Positions 25,667 through 39,686 of a DNA stretch of 64,000 nt are shown in pieces. The translations under genes and the position numbers were made by a program. Below the pieces are notes generated by a model. That model was not told the DNA's origin, ran no database searches, and saw nothing but the letters and a program-made list of their open reading frames with translations. How positions within the stretch are numbered: the stretch's first letter is position 1; each line of letters opens with the position of its first letter. Source of the stretch: Squalus acanthias (lineage: Eukaryota); contig CM059432.1 in assembly GCA_030390025.1 (NCBI GenBank), positions 129,892,001 to 129,956,000 on the forward strand, given 5' to 3'.

Positions 25667-27599
25667 TTTCAAATAAAACTGTTGGACTATAACCTGGTGT
25701 TGTGCGACTTCTCACATTTGTCCACCCCAGTCCAACACCGGCATCTCCACATCATTCTTCATACACATCCCTGTTTCTCTAACTACTGCTTGGCACAACA
25801 ATGCTGCCCTCTTAACAGCAACCCTCCAAGGCAGACTGCAGGGGTGCCCAGGCTTCTGCTTAGGGTGCTGCTGCCATCCCAGCCATGACACAGCAAAACA
25901 AACTCACTGACAGAGGACAGACAGCACCTTTAAATAAACATGAAGGGCACCAACCTTCAAACTGCAGGCATAAATGGATTTAAGAAACTTACCACTGGTC
26001 ACCACAAGCTGTCCGCATGAAATCCTATTCCCATACCTGAGGCTCTCTCATTGGGCTTCCAATTGACCTGCCCCTTTCAGATTGCTGCTGCCTTACAGTG
26101 GTGCTCTAATAGACCGCTCCCACGCACAACTAATGCACACCTGTGATATTTAAATCAGGCCTGACATGAAGATTGGGTGCAGAGGTCATGGTCTTGGCCC
26201 AGCGAACTTCTGGTGCACTTTGCCAAAATTACTCCTGGACAGCACAGAGAGGGGAATGTTGGCCCCGTATGTACAAAAATTCAATTTCAAAGCTAGGATT
26301 TAATACAGTATTAGAAAATGGTCAGGATTCATCGGTGCGCTCATCCGTTATAAGATTTGGGCCAACAATGTTCTGGAATTTCCTCGGTGAGAGCTGTGTT
26401 GCTCCAGGGAAATTCACATGCAAGCGACTTACTCTAGTTTTACGCCAGGACATCGCTACGTGCAAATTTCTGTTTTCGGGCCCAGAATGGGGTTGCTGAA
26501 GAAGCCTGAGCGGGCAGGCCAAACGCCTTGCTCATTGGGAAGACACTTTGTAGAGGGGTCCTTCAAAAGGCATTAAATCCCTCGTTAACATATTGCACGG
26601 GCCTAGGACACCTTAAAGAAAAATGGGATCACAAAACTTGGTAGCGGAACACCTGCACAGATTGTCCCACTGCTAAATTGGAATGATTTGCACCCGTTTT
26701 GCATCCGTTTTTCAGGCGTAACGCCTACTAATTTCTACCCCACAGATGCAACTGGCTACAGCGGTAGGTGTTTTGCAAATACAATTGCACTTGCAACCAA
26801 AGGTCCACACGCTACTGTGCCTGGTGCCCTTGTGAGTTGGTTCAGCCAGGTCATTTGATGTATCCCTATGACCCATCTACTAGAAAGCAGTGGTCCTATC
26901 TGCTATTGTCACACACACATGATGCGGACCACGGTGTATCATGCAATTATAGCTGCACTGGAAAGCTTTAGATTTCCACTGTCAGGGAATTTGACCTAAA
27001 TGCATGCTGACATTTTCAAGAGATTTGACTTAAATAAGTATTGTCACCAGTTTAATGGATGTGGAAGGCAAATTTCCTTTACGGTTGATGCATCTCACGT
27101 ATGGCTGTGTCAGAGGTATTTATAGGTCTATGTGTGAAGAGCAACCTCAGTTTAAGGCACTATCACAATGCGAATTAGATCAATATTAACGAAGGAGAGG
27201 CACTAGTGTCTACTTTCCTGCTGTTACTGCTCCGTTTGTGCCAGTTCACATGACAGGGAGAAAGAAGACCAGTAACGACGAGTCTCTGACCTTTTTTGCA
27301 CATGGCGTGCACTCCCAGCAGGCAAACAGGCCGGAGCTTGCACACGATATGATAATGATGTGGAAGTGATGCAACAATGCCTTTACGCTGGGCATATGCC
27401 ACTTCTAATTACCGTCCATGTAAATGGGATTTGCAGTACATGGAAGAACGTCTAATGGTGAGTAAGAAGATTAATTTAACAGTTTCAGGCTTGTATTATT
27501 TGGGGGTTTTTTGTTTTCTTTTCTCTGGCACTTAGGTTCTAATGAACCTTGCGCCGATCGTTTTACTTTTATTTTGCTCCCTGCATCGTTACTGGATCA

Positions 27600-28580
27600 A
27601 TGGGCTTCCCGATGGGAATTCTCTCATGTGAGGTAACTGGAAGAAGAGGAGGAGGACCAATGAAGGGATGCCAGGCAGGTCAGAGGTTATGGAAGCAGGC
27701 CCAATGGCACAGATACATTCAAAGGCCTGTTAAGCTTCAGAGTTACCCGCTCTCAGGATTTTGTTCTTTATGCAGCACTGCACAAACAAAGGCATGTCCT
27801 GTTGATCATCCGCCAGCAAAGTTTAATTGGTGCATCTGCCAAGTTATCACCCGTGATATTTGCAGAGAGCAACAACAACTTGCATTTTATACATCCCACA
27901 ATGCTTCACAGGAGCGTTATCAGACAAAATTAGACACTGAGTCACATAAGGAGATATTAGAATAGGAGACCAAAGGCTTGGTCAAAGAAGTAGGTTTTAC
28001 AGAGCATCTTAAAGGAGGAAAGAGAGGGAGAGAGGCTGAGAGGTTCAGGGAGGGAATTCCAGAGCTTAGGGCCAAGGCAGCTGAAGGTTCGGCCGCCAAT
28101 GGTGGAGCAAAGAAAGTCAGGGATGTGCAAGAGGCCAGAATTGGAGGAGCGCCGAGATCTCGGAGGATTGTAGGGCTGGAGGAGGCTGCAGAAATAGGGC
28201 GGGGCGAGGCCTTGAAGGGATTAGAAAACAAGAATGAGAACAGTCGTACATGCCTGGAAATATCTATGGGAAACTACCTTCACGGGGTTCAGGCCAGCCG
28301 AAAACCAGATGCAGTGAGGTGCCAAATGCTTCAAAGACACCTTCTGCTAACAAGCATCACAGAGCTGGCACAACCAGTGACAGTACTAGTCAACTGCAGC
28401 CTCAAACCAGCCTTCCAAGCATGTGGCAACGTGTGATTATGGCGCCATGGAATGGAAAGGAGGCCGTTCCCTCTGACCCCATGGAGCTTCAGGGAACTGG
28501 CAGGATTCCACAGCAAGAGTGATCCCAGTATAACTGCCAGGATCAGGCCTCCATGCAGTTTTGGGGCCAAAGTGTTTGCT
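27600..28580 (+). pseudogene. Decayed copy A of an unidentified repeated coding sequence, interrupted by L2
   Basis: MGFPMGI..GRRGGG..CQAGQ, then after the L2, RTCLEISMGNYLHGVQASRKPDAVRCQML; homologous to 34935-35305 (-) and 43636-45844 (+). Confidence 0.6.
27870..28238 (-). mobile_element. L2-type LINE 3' fragment
   Basis: caacaacaacttgcattt tail followed by the reverse complement of an L2-like ORF2 C-terminus; same tail type at 38620-38660. Confidence 0.75.
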
Positions 28581-28717
28581 TGACCATCTAAAAGTATAAA
28601 AATAAAACAAATACCACAATGCCATGAATACGTAAACCACTTAGATTGTAATATGAGGGAGCAGCTCTTTAACCTTAAGGGGCAATTTGGATCCAGGCAA
28701 AATGGCTGCAAGAATTA

Positions 28718-28960
28718 AAATCATTGAATCATACAGCACAGAAGGAGGCCATTCAGCCCATTGTGTCTGTGCCGGTTCTTTGAAAGAGCTGCCAATTAGT
28801 CCCATTCCCTTGCTCTTTCCCCATACCCCTAGAAAATGTTTCCGCTTCAGGTATATATCGAATTCCCCTTTGAAAGTTATTATTGTATCGGCTCCCACCA
28901 CCCTTTCAGGCAGTGCATTCCAGATCATAACTCGCTGCGTAAAAAGAATTCTTCTCATTG
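28718..28960 (-). mobile_element. CR1 3' fragment
   Basis: FTQRVMIWNALPERVV..FKGEFDIYL plus 3' UTR. Confidence 0.85.
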
Positions 28961-29385
28961 GGTATCTGGCTAGGATCATGCCATGGACAAGGTCAGCCCT
29001 TCAAATTAATTTTAATAGCTGGGAATTTTCTCGGAGCTAGTCCCACTCCGCCACCATACCATTTCCAGAAGTGTGGCAAAACCCCATTTATACACGGGAG
29101 AATTAGGAGAAGGGTGGTGGGGTGTGGGAGTAACCGAAGGGTGTTAGAGTCTGGGAGTATTGCTGAGGGGTCCTTGGATCTGAGAGTAGTGGAAGGGGTG
29201 TGACAATGTTCGGATGGTATTGGGGTGTGGAAGCACTGGGATGGACGGGTTGAATGTGGGAGCATTGGGCCAGGGATCACTAAGTGTAGGAATAATGGGA
29301 TGGAGGTGGGGGGTGGGAGTAAAAAAACACCGGAAATGAAGTCTTCAGAATATGACAGGGATTGGAGGGTGGTTTCAGATCTGGA

Positions 29386-29583
29386 AGCACTGGCGGTGAG
29401 TCCTAGGTTATGGTAGGTTTGGGAGTATCTGCGAGCACTGGCGGTGAGTCCTAGGTTATGGTAGGTTTGGGAATATCTGGAAGCACTGGCGGTGAGTCCT
29501 AGGTTATGGTAGGTTTGGGAGTATCTGCGAGCACTGGCGGTGAGTCCTAGGTTATGGTAGGTTTGGGAGTATCTGCGAGCACT
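29386..29583. repeat. 48-bp tandem repeat x4 with alternating variants
   Basis: agcactggcggtgagtcctaggttatggtaggtttgggagtatctgcg. Confidence 0.92.
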
Positions 29584-29965
29584 AGAATGAGGGTCTTGGG
29601 ATTTGGGGGCACTGAAAGGTGCATGAGTATGCAAACATTGGGCAGAGCATCATGGAATATTGGAATAGTGGGAGGGATTATGGGATGTGAGAGCATTGGG
29701 TGGTGTATCAGGGGTCTAGGAACAATGGGAAAGAGATGGTGGGAGTTGGGAATAATGGACAAGGTGCTGGGGCCTAGGAGCATTGAAAAGGGGAGTTTGG
29801 TCTATGAGTGGGGGGATACTGGAATTGAGAAGCAATGATAAGAGGGTGCAGGATCGGGGAGAAAGGGGGAGTGTTCCTGGGCTACATGAGTACTGGTGAG
29901 GGGAGTCAAAGAGTCTGGGAGAATTGTGAAGAGGAGTTCTGGCGCTGGCAACATTGAAAGAGTTA

Positions 29966-30829
29966 GGGCTGGATTTTATCTGCAGAGACAAGTTGGGGGC
30001 GGGACTGCTGCCTTCCGGGTTCTAGTCCCGCCCCCAGCGACGTCCGACACACAGATGCTATTTTCCCCTGATTGGCCTTGTTAAGCCTGCCCTGCGGGCT
30101 TGCCAGCCAATTAAGGGAAAGCCAGTGTCATATGACGTCAGTTGATGATGCTTTATCTGCCGGTTTTCTTAAAGGGACATGTACCATTTATTTTTGACAG
30201 ATGATCTGTCAGTATTTGACAGCATTGAGGTGCTGTCAAACACTGACAATCACTGTACAAAGGTGAGCCCTTGCACCCAGACTCTCCAATGACTCTCACC
30301 TTAGGATGAAGCAGATGGCAGCTGCAGGTGAGGTTACAGAAGCGATCTGTCACTTCTCCCAATGAGGTGAGGCCACATAAACACTTCAAAGTTTGTCACC
30401 TACAGAAAAATCTAAACACATTAAAAATGACTTTCCCAACATCTCCTTACCTCTGATACTCACCAGTGTCCCATTGCATTCTTCACACCACTTCTGCAGC
30501 TGTCATCTATACACCAACATAACCGACCCACAGCACGCCTCACTTACCCTGACGGGGTTCCCCGACGTCAGGAAGCCCGCAGCAGAAGTCTCAAAATGGG
30601 AAAAAGCCTCTTAACTGCCTGTTAACTACCTGTTAACAAGCAGTTAAGTGGCTATAATCCTCTTCCCGCAGCTAGGAGTCGGGTCCCTGCGCAAATCGGG
30701 GACCCGACTCCCGGGAAGATTGTTTGGAGGCGGGTTGGGAGTGAGGTTGGGACCCGGTCCCATTCTTTTTGATTTTGCCAGCAGTCCCGCCTCCAAACCC
30801 GCCTCCTCAGGGCTGGTAAAATCCAGCCC
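29966..30829. mobile_element. Non-autonomous Harbinger element
   Basis: Perfect TIRs GGGCTGGATTTTA / TAAAATCCAGCCC, TSD TTA; right end similar to 54560-54769. Confidence 0.92.
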
Positions 30830-31218
30830 TTAGTGTCTGGTATTATTGGGGGTGGGAGCGGGGGGTTGCAATCTTGCAATGTTGGAAGCACAGTCAGTGC
30901 TTCAAAGAACTTAAAACTGTTCCCAAGCCACGGCCAGGAATGAGTCAATGTGGCCTTTTTCAGAGTAGGAGTAGATCGGCAGTCGGAAGAGTTAAATCGA
31001 AGAACCTGTAACGACACTTGGATATGGGAGGGGAGCTTCAGTGGTCTAACATACAAGGCAGGACGTGGGGGGGGGTGTTGAGATGAGGTGGTGATCCATG
31101 CAAGAGACACATTGGTGCACGGAGCTATATGTGGTCTGTGAAACCCCACACAGTACAGTGGCCAAAAGGTGAGGACACTGAAAATCTCACCAGGCAGTTC
31201 TAGCACTTAATTGGCAAG

Positions 31219-31400
31219 TCACTTACCTTGTGTCAGGTCATTAACCTTCTTCTGCCAGGGGACCTTTGGGGTTATGGAGGTACCACTGACTGCCACCGCC
31301 ACCTCCTTCCACGCCACACAGCTACATTGGCAGGTTCTTGCCTCCAGAACCAAGAATGCTATTCCTTCTCTACCTTATTCCACCCAGCATGAGTGTGGGT
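31219..31400 (-). pseudogene. Harbinger Myb-like exon 1 relic
   Basis: WKEVAVAVSGTSITPK..KKVNDLTQ followed by GTAAGT. Confidence 0.6.
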
Positions 31401-31691
31401 GCAGGCATGAGTCCGCAGGCAAGCGATGGAGAGCGCAGCATCCAGCTGCCTGCTTGATGTCTGTTGAAGTGAGGTGGTTCTGCATGAGGTGCTGTGAGGA
31501 CAGTTACTGTTCGTGCCATGCAGGGCACCATCCACATAGGTTTGAATTACAGTCCCCGTCGCTAATATCAGGCGGGTTCATGCGAACGCGATCTGCCCAC
31601 TATAGGCGATTAAAAATCTTTTCAGTGGCAGTGCCAAAATTTTTTTGGAAACTTCCCAGTGGCACAGCAGGTTTTATATACTAGTACAATA

Positions 31692-34440
31692 GCAAAATAC
31701 TGCGGATGCTGGAAATCTGAAATAACAACAGAAAATGCTGGAAACACTCAGCAGGTCAGGCAGCACCCGTGCAGAGAGAAACAGAGTTAACGTTTCAGGT
31801 CGATGACCCTTCGTCAGAACTGGAAAAAGTTGGAGATGTAACAGGTTTTAAGCAAGCGCAGGGGCAGGGAAAGGGGGAGGGGAGGGGAGGAAGGAACTAA
31901 AGGCACAGTCTGTGCTAGAATTGAACTCAGGAGTGGTTCAATGTTGCAAATGGGGATGGCAGAATCATCAACAGCTGCTGCCTGAAAAAATGGGGGGGGT
32001 TATAGTCTGAAATTGTTGAACTCGATGTTGAGTCCAGAAGGTTGTAAAGTGCCTAATCGAAAGATGAGGTGATGTTCCTCGAGCTTACGTTGAGCTTCAT
32101 TGGAACAGTGTAAGAGGCCAAGGGCAGAGAGGTCAGAGTGGGAGTAAAGCGGAGAATTAAAGTGACAAGCGACCGGAAGCTCGGGGTCACCCTTACGGAC
32201 TGAATGGAGGTGTTCCGCAAAGCGGTCACCCAATCTGCGTTTGGTCTCCCCAGTGTAGAGGAGACCGCATCGTGAGCAGCGAATACAGTATACTAAATTG
32301 CAAGAAGTACAAGTAAATCGCTGTTTCACCTGGAAGGGGTGTTTGAGGCCCTGGACAGTGGGAAGGGAGGATGTAAAAGGGCAGGTGTTGCATCTCCTGC
32401 ACTTGCATGGGAACGTGCCGTGGGGAGAGGAGGGGCTGTTGGGGTGATTGAGGAGTGGACCAGGGTGTTGCGGAGGGAGCGGTCCCTTCGGAATGCTGAA
32501 AGGGGAGGTGAGGGGAAGATGCGTTTGGTGGTGGGATCACGTTGGAGGTGGCGGAAATGGCGGAGGATGATCTGCTGAATGTGGAGGCTGGTGGGGTGAA
32601 AGGTGAGGACAAGGGCAACCCTATCGTGGTTCTGGGAGGGGAAGGGGTGAGAGCAGAAGTGTGGGAAATGGAACGGACATGGTCAAGGGCCGTGTCGACC
32701 ACGGTAGAGGGGAATTCTCGGTTGAGGAAAAAGGAAGACATATCAGAAGCACTAGTTTGGAAGGTGGCATCGTCAGAACAGATGCGGCAGAGACGGAGAA
32801 ACTGGGAGAATGGAATAGAGTCCTTACAGGAAGCGGGGTGGGAGGAAGTGTAGTCCAGGTAGCTGTGGGATTCAGTGGGCTTATAGTGGATGTTTGTCGA
32901 TAGCCTATCACCAGAAATGGAGACAGAGAAGTCAAGGAAGGGAAGAGAAGAGTCGGAGATGGACCATGTGAAGGTAAGGGAAGGGTGGAAATTGGAAGCA
33001 AAATGAATGAAATTTTCTAGTTCAGGGCGAGAGCAGGAAACGGCACCAATAGTCATCAATGTACCGGAAAAAGAGGTGAGGGAGGGGACCTGAGTAGGAC
33101 TGGAACAAAAAACACATATCCCACGAAAAGGCAGGCATAGCTAGGGCCCATGCGGGTTCCCATAGCAACACCTTTAATTTGGAGGAAGTGAGTGGAGTCA
33201 AAGGAGAAGTTGTTCAATGTGAGAACAAGTTCAGCCAGGCGGAGGAGGGTGGTGGTGGATGGGGACCGGTTGGGCCTCTGTTCAAGGAAGAAGCGGAGCG
33301 CCCTCAGGCCGTCCTGGTGGGGGATGGAGGTGTAGAGGGATTGGACATCCATAGTGAAAAGGAGACAGTTGGGGCCAGGAAACTGGAAACTGTTAAAGTG
33401 GCGGAGGGCGTCGGAAGAGTCGCGAATCTAGGTGGGAAGAGACTGGACAAGGGGAGAAAAAATAGAGTCGAGATAGGAAGAAATCAGTTCCGTGGGGCAA
33501 GAACAGGCTGAAACGATGGGTTTACCAGGGCAACCCTGTTTGTGGATCTTGGGAAGGAGGTAGAAGCGGGCTGTGCGGGGTTTGGGGACTATGAGGTTGA
33601 CAGCCATGGAGGGAAGATCTCCAGAGGAGATGAGGTCAGTGACAGTCTTGGAAACAATGGCTTGATGTTTGGTATAGGGGTCATGGTCCAGGGGGAGGTA
33701 GGAGGAGGTGTCGGAGAGTTGGCGTTTAGCCTCTGCACGGTAGAGGTCGGTTCGCCAAACAACGGCACCACCCTTGTCAGCAGGTTTAATGACAATGTTA
33801 GGGTTGGATGGGAGAGAACGGAGTGCTGCAAGTTCAGAGGGAGGTAGGTTGGAGTAAGTGAGATGAGCAGAGAAATTGAGACGGCCGATGTCACGCCGGC
33901 AGTTAGCAATGAAAAGATCTAGAGAGGCCAGAGGAAGGGGTCCAGGTAGAACGAGAATTCTGAAAGCGGGAGAAAGGGTCAGCCGTGCGGGGGGAAGACT
34001 CCTGGCCAAAGAAGTTGACACGGAGACGAAGGCGACGGAAAAAGAGCTCAGCATCGTGCCAAGCTCAAAATTCATTAAGATGGGGGCGTCAGGGGATGAA
34101 GCTCAGGTCTTTGCTGAGGACTGATCGTTCGAGGTTAGAGAGGGGAAGGTCAGAGGGGATAGTGAAAACACGGCAGGGGGTGAGATTGGAAGAAGGGATG
34201 GGGTCAGAGGAAAGTGAAGGGGAAGAGGGGCGTTGGTGTCCAAGAGCTGCCGAAGTTTGCGATCCTTGACATCTGAAAGGAAGAAAAAAAGTTTTTTGTT
34301 GAAGCGCCGGATGAGGCGAAGGATGAAATGGAACTGTGGACCAGGACAGCTTTGGGATAGAGTGCGTCGGTGCTGTTGAAGAGCGAGGTCGAGAGTGTTC
34401 ATGTGGCGGCGCATGGCGTGGATATCTTTGATAAAGGACT
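31692..34440 (-). mobile_element. Penelope-like element (RT + GIY-YIG endonuclease), frameshifted
   Basis: FYLLPKIHK..PIVS, MDVQSLYTSIP, GVAMGTRMGPSYA, RYIDD (~33053-33067); GIY-YIG NLVYCIRCSRCGLLYTGET..RFAEH..GLN (32000-32329). Confidence 0.95.
31785..31821 (-). ncRNA. Minimal type I hammerhead ribozyme in the PLE 3' region
   Basis: Minus strand AGTT-CTGACGA-A-GGGTC-ATC-GACCT-GAAA-CGTT-AACT. Confidence 0.8.
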
Positions 34441-34934
34441 GTAACCCAGAGCACGCAGCCTGGCTTGCTCCACATACAAGTGCACAGTAAATGAGATTGT
34501 GCACCTCCAGAGAGGGGACAGTTAAAATTCACGCTGCAGCATGTGCTAGAGATACCTGTAGCTGAGGCATCTATAACAACAAGAGAGAAATGTAACAAAA
34601 AATAGCCCGGTATAAGGGGGTGCGAACTCGTGAATAAGCACAGCTGTTTCTGCCCAAGATAAACGCAGCACTTAAGACGTTACAACAGGCAACATTGGAG
34701 TTGACGGTAATGTAAATGGTAATGGTTATCGCATTTTGACCAATATAATTAACCCCATTTTAAATGTGGACGTTTTACGTGGTGGGAACTGTACAAGGAG
34801 GCTCAACCAAGTTTCAAACCACAGCTGACTATTACTGTTATTGCACATACCAGCCCCATGTTGCATAGTAGCTCCAGGTGCTCTTGCGACAGATGGCACA
34901 GCATTGGGTCTGTCTCTTTGATAAGCTAGACACT

Positions 34935-35305
34935 AAGAAGACAGTTCCCCACAGCCATTGGCAGGTAGGTATGCTAGACCATGCAGGCATGGTTGCTGGC
35001 ATCTTGGCTGGATTTTGTTCACCCTGGCATGCCTCCTTTCACTGAGGTGCCTCCGACGGTTAGTCAGGCATTTGCATAGCTTAGTGATACCATAAGGGGT
35101 GTGCGGCCCTCGGCTTCCTTTGAGAATAGGAGCCAACCACCTGCACTGATCATCTTGCAAAGAGAGGTATGCTCAGCTCTCCAGATGTGGGTGTGTGTGC
35201 ACAGAGCATCTCTCGTGCAGCCTGCCCGGCCTGGTATCCATCAGCAGGTCCTCCTCTTCTCCCAAACACATCAGGTATGGAGATTCGTACTGGGAGACAG
35301 AACGG
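34935..35305 (-). pseudogene. Decayed copy B of the unidentified coding sequence
   Basis: FCLPVRISIPDVFGRRGGPADGYQAGQAA ... LQD ... HTYLPMAVGNCLL across frameshifts. Confidence 0.55.
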
Positions 35306-35419
35306 TGCCAGCAACATTGCTGGGGGTGGGGCAGAATAAATCACTTACATCAATCAGCACAAAGGATCGTAAGAACCTAATTGCCAACAGGAGAAACAAA
35401 ATAATGAAAAAAAGAAAAA

Positions 35420-38400
35420 TGGTTAAGAAGTATCTCAAGACAGAGGAAAGGGAAGCAAGGATAGAAACAAAAGACAGGATGGAGAAAAGCAAAAGTGGAA
35501 GGCAGAGAAATCAAGGGTGTAAATCAAACAGGGCCACAGTAAATAATAATTCTAAAAGGACTAAAAGTGTTAAAAAATCAAGCCTGAAGGCTTTGTGTCT
35601 TAATGCGAGGAGCATTCGTAATAAGGTGGATGAATTAGCTGCGCAAATAGATGTAAACGGATATGATATAATTGGGATTACGGAGACATGGCTCTAGGGT
35701 GACCAAGATTGGGAATTCAACATCCAGGGGTATTCAATATTCAGGAAGGACAGGAAAAAAGGAAAAGGAGGTGGGGTAGCATTGCTGATTAAAGAGGAGA
35801 TTAACACAATAGTAAGGAAGGATATTAGCTCTGATGATGTGGAATCTGTATGGGCAGAGCTGAGAAATACCAAGAGGCAGAAAACGTTAGTGGGAGTTGT
35901 ATACAGACCCCCAAACAGTAATGCTGAGGTTGGGGATGGCATTAAACGGGAAATTAGAGACGAGTGCAATAAAGGCACAGCAGTTATCATGGGTGACTTT
36001 AATCTACATATAGATTGGGCTAACCAAATTAGTAACAATACTGTGGAGGAGGAATTCCTAGAGTGTATACGGGATGGTTTCCTGGACCAATATGTCGAGG
36101 AACCAACTAGAGATCAGGCCATCTTAGACTGGGTATTATGTAATGAGAAAGGATTAATTAGCAATCTTGTTGTGCGAGGCCCCTTGGGGAGGAGCGATCA
36201 TAATATGATAGAATTCTTCATTAAGATGGAGAGTGAAGTAGTTGACTCAGAGACTAGGGTCCTGAATTTAAATAAAGGAAACTACGATGGTATGAGGCAC
36301 GAGTTGGCTAGGATGGATTGGGGAACGTTACTTAAAGGGTTGACGGTGGATAGGCAATGGCAAACATTTAAAGATCGCATGGATGAACTACAGAATTTGT
36401 TCATCCCTGTTTGGCATAAAAATAAAACAAAAAAGGTGACTCAACCATGGCTAACAAGGGAAATTAGGGATAGCATAAGATTCAAGGAGAGGACATATAA
36501 ATTGGCCAGAAAAAGCAGCAAACCTGAGGATTGGGAGCAGTTTAGGATTCAGCAAAGGAGGACAAAGGGATTAATTAAGAGGGGGAAAATAGAATATGAG
36601 AGTAAGCTTGCAGGGAACATAAAAACTGACTGTAAAAGCTTCTATAGATATGTGAAGAGAAAAAGATTGGTGAAGTCAAGCATAGGTCCCTTGCAGTCAG
36701 AATCAGGGGAATTTATAATGGGGAACAAAGAAATGGCGGACACAAATAACCTCCCAGAGATGTCGGGGAACATAGGGTCTAATGAGAGGGAGGAATTGAA
36801 TGAAATCAGTATTTGTAGGGAAATGGTGTTAGGGAAATTGATGGGATTGAAGGCCAATAAATCCCCAGGGCCTGATAATCTACATCCTAGGGTACTTAAG
36901 GAAGTGGCCCTAGAAATAGTAGATGCATTGTTGGTCATCTTCCAAAATTCTATGGACTCTGGAACAGTTCCCATGGATTGGAGGATAGCTAATGTAAACC
37001 CACTATTTAAAAAAGGTGGTAGAGAGAAAACGGGGAATTATAGACCGGTAAGCCTGACATCAGTAGTGGGGAAAATGCTAGAGTCCATTATAAAAGATGT
37101 AATAGCAGAGCACTTGGAAAACAGTGACAGGATCGGACAAAGTCAACATGGATTTACGAAAGGTAAATGCTTGACTAATCTACTGGTATTTTTTGAGGAT
37201 GTAACTGGTAGAATAGATAAGGGTGAACCAGTGGATGTGGTGTATTTGGACTTTCAGAAGGCTTTCGATAAGGTCCTGCATAAGAGATTAGCGTGCAAAG
37301 TTAAAGCACATGGGATTGGGGGTAAGGTACTGTCTTGGATAGAGAACTGGTTGGCAGACAGGAAGCAAAGAGTTGGAATAAACGGGTCTTTTTCCGAGTG
37401 GCAGGCAGTGACTAGTGGGGTACCGCAGGGATCGGTGCTAGGACCCCAGCTATTCACAATATATATAAATGATCTAGACGAGGGAACTAGATGTAATATC
37501 TCCAAGTTTGCAGACGACACAAAGCTGGGTGGGCGTGTGTGCTGTGAGGAGGATGCAGAGAAACTCCAGTATGATTTGGACAGGTTGGGTGATTGGGCAG
37601 ATGCATGGCAAATGCAGTATAATGTGGATAAATGCGAGGTTATCCACTTCAGGTCGCAAAAACAGGAAGGCAGATTATTATCTGAACGGCAATAGATTGT
37701 GAAAAGGGGAAGTGCAACGAGACCTGGGTGTCCTTGTGCACCAGTCGCTGAAGGTAAGCATGCAGGTGCAGCAGTCGGTTAAGAAGGCAAATGGTATGTT
37801 GGCCTTCATAGCGAGAGGATTCGAGTACAGGAGCAAGGATGTCTTGCTGCAGTTGTACAGGGCCTTGGTGAGACCACACCTTGAGTATTGTGTGCAGTTT
37901 TGGTCGCCTTATCTGAGGAAGGATGTTCTTGCCATGGAGAGAGTGCAGCGAAGATTCACCAGACTGATACCTGGGATGGCAGGAATGACGTATGAGGAGA
38001 GATTGGGTCGATTAGGCTTATATTCGCTAGAGTTTAGAAGAATGAGAGGGGATCTCATTGAAACTTATAAAATTCTATCAGGACTAGACAGACTAGATGC
38101 AGGAAGGATGTTCCCGATGGCGGGGGAGTCCAGAACCAGGGGTCACAGTCTAAGGATAAGGGGTAAGCCATTTAGGACTGAGATGAGGAGGAATTTCTTC
38201 ACCCAGAGAGTGGTGAACCTGTGGAATTCTCTACCACAGAAGGCAGTTGAGGCCAATTCATTAAATATATTCAAGAAGGAGTTAGATATATTTCTTAAGG
38301 CTAAAGGGATCAAGGGATATGGGGAGAAAGCAGGGACAGGGTACTGAATTTGGATGATCAGCCATGATCTCATTAAATGGCGGAACAGGCTCGAGGAGCC

Positions 38401-38440
38401 GAATGGCCTACTCCTGCTCCTAACTTCCATGTTTCTATGT
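35420..38440 (+). mobile_element. CR1 LINE, ORF2 nearly complete (APE + RT) with 3' UTR
   Basis: LNARS..ITETWL then a stop at 35695; 637-aa ORF 35782-37695; frameshift into 37712-38347; tail ttccatgtttctatgt. Confidence 0.96.
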
Positions 38441-39686
38441 TTTGAGTATCTCTGTTCCTTTCCCATCAACTCCCGTCATCTTGCAACCCTGGCTATCCAT
38501 TTCAATCTAGTCTTCTTTACATCTGGCTTCTTGCCCGTCAGAATGGCAGGGCCACTCTCCCAAACAAATATTTAAACAAAGCATCTGCCACAAACAAGTG
38601 ACGGCCTCTTGGACGTTTTTACTACGTTAAAGGCGCTATATAAATGCAAGTTGTTGTTGCTACCATTGCCCACCTAAAAATTGCGTCGGGATGCAAATCC
38701 GGCAGAGTTCTGGCAGGGAGTGACGTCCTCCCCTGAGCTTCCTGAGACCAGGTACCCGCGTTACAAGGCAAATATGCGGAGAATTCAGGCTGATGATTCC
38801 GATCCACATTTTAAGCATATTTTAACATTTCTAAATAGCAAGCAGCATTTGAAAAGCAAATTGCGACCGGATACAGATACATTTATAATTTATTTGTAAA
38901 AGTCAATTTAGATGGGTCCTGATAATTATTTACCTATTTCTAAAAAGCCAATCTAGATGGAGTTCGATAAACTGGTTTGTAAATGGCAAGGCGGCGGGAT
39001 CCTGATTAATATATATTTGATCAGCATTTGAATTTCTACAGACTCTGCCGTATCAAGTTGCACTGTTTGTACATTGTTCCATTCGATCATTTATTCAGCA
39101 ACAATATTAAAATGAAACAGAATTACAAAATGTAATCCTATTATGTATGGAATATCAAACCATGACAGTGCGCAGCTAAACTTCTTTCATAACTGTGAAG
39201 GACTGGTAACTCAGGAGTGTGATATTACCATTTAGAAGACAGAGGCTGCTCCAGATGAAAGGACGCCAGCAGCGCCCGACCAATGAAGTGATGTTCTATT
39301 TACCACTTGAACAACTCCTTTTCATACTTCAAACTCGGCTCTGAAAATTGGGGCAGTGATAGTTCGCAGCAGTGAGTCGTCAAGTGCGCCTTGTCATTCA
39401 CACCTTTGCGTGAAATTGTACTGCTGAGAAGCCACCCAATGGGGGTAATTTTAACTCAGGGCGATGGTGTAAAAGGGGTGATATCGAATTGGCCGCTCGT
39501 TGTACTTCAGTGGAAAGGAAAATCGTGCATGGTGTGTAATGGGAGAGACATGCTCCCCCACCCGCCCCCGCCCCCCCCCACCCCACCACACACTGTCATT
39601 TACTCACGGCGTGTGGAGAAGGCATGGGCAAGAGCAGTTCCCAAAGGGGGTGGAGGGAAGCAGTTGAGGCAGTGCTAGGCCTGACT

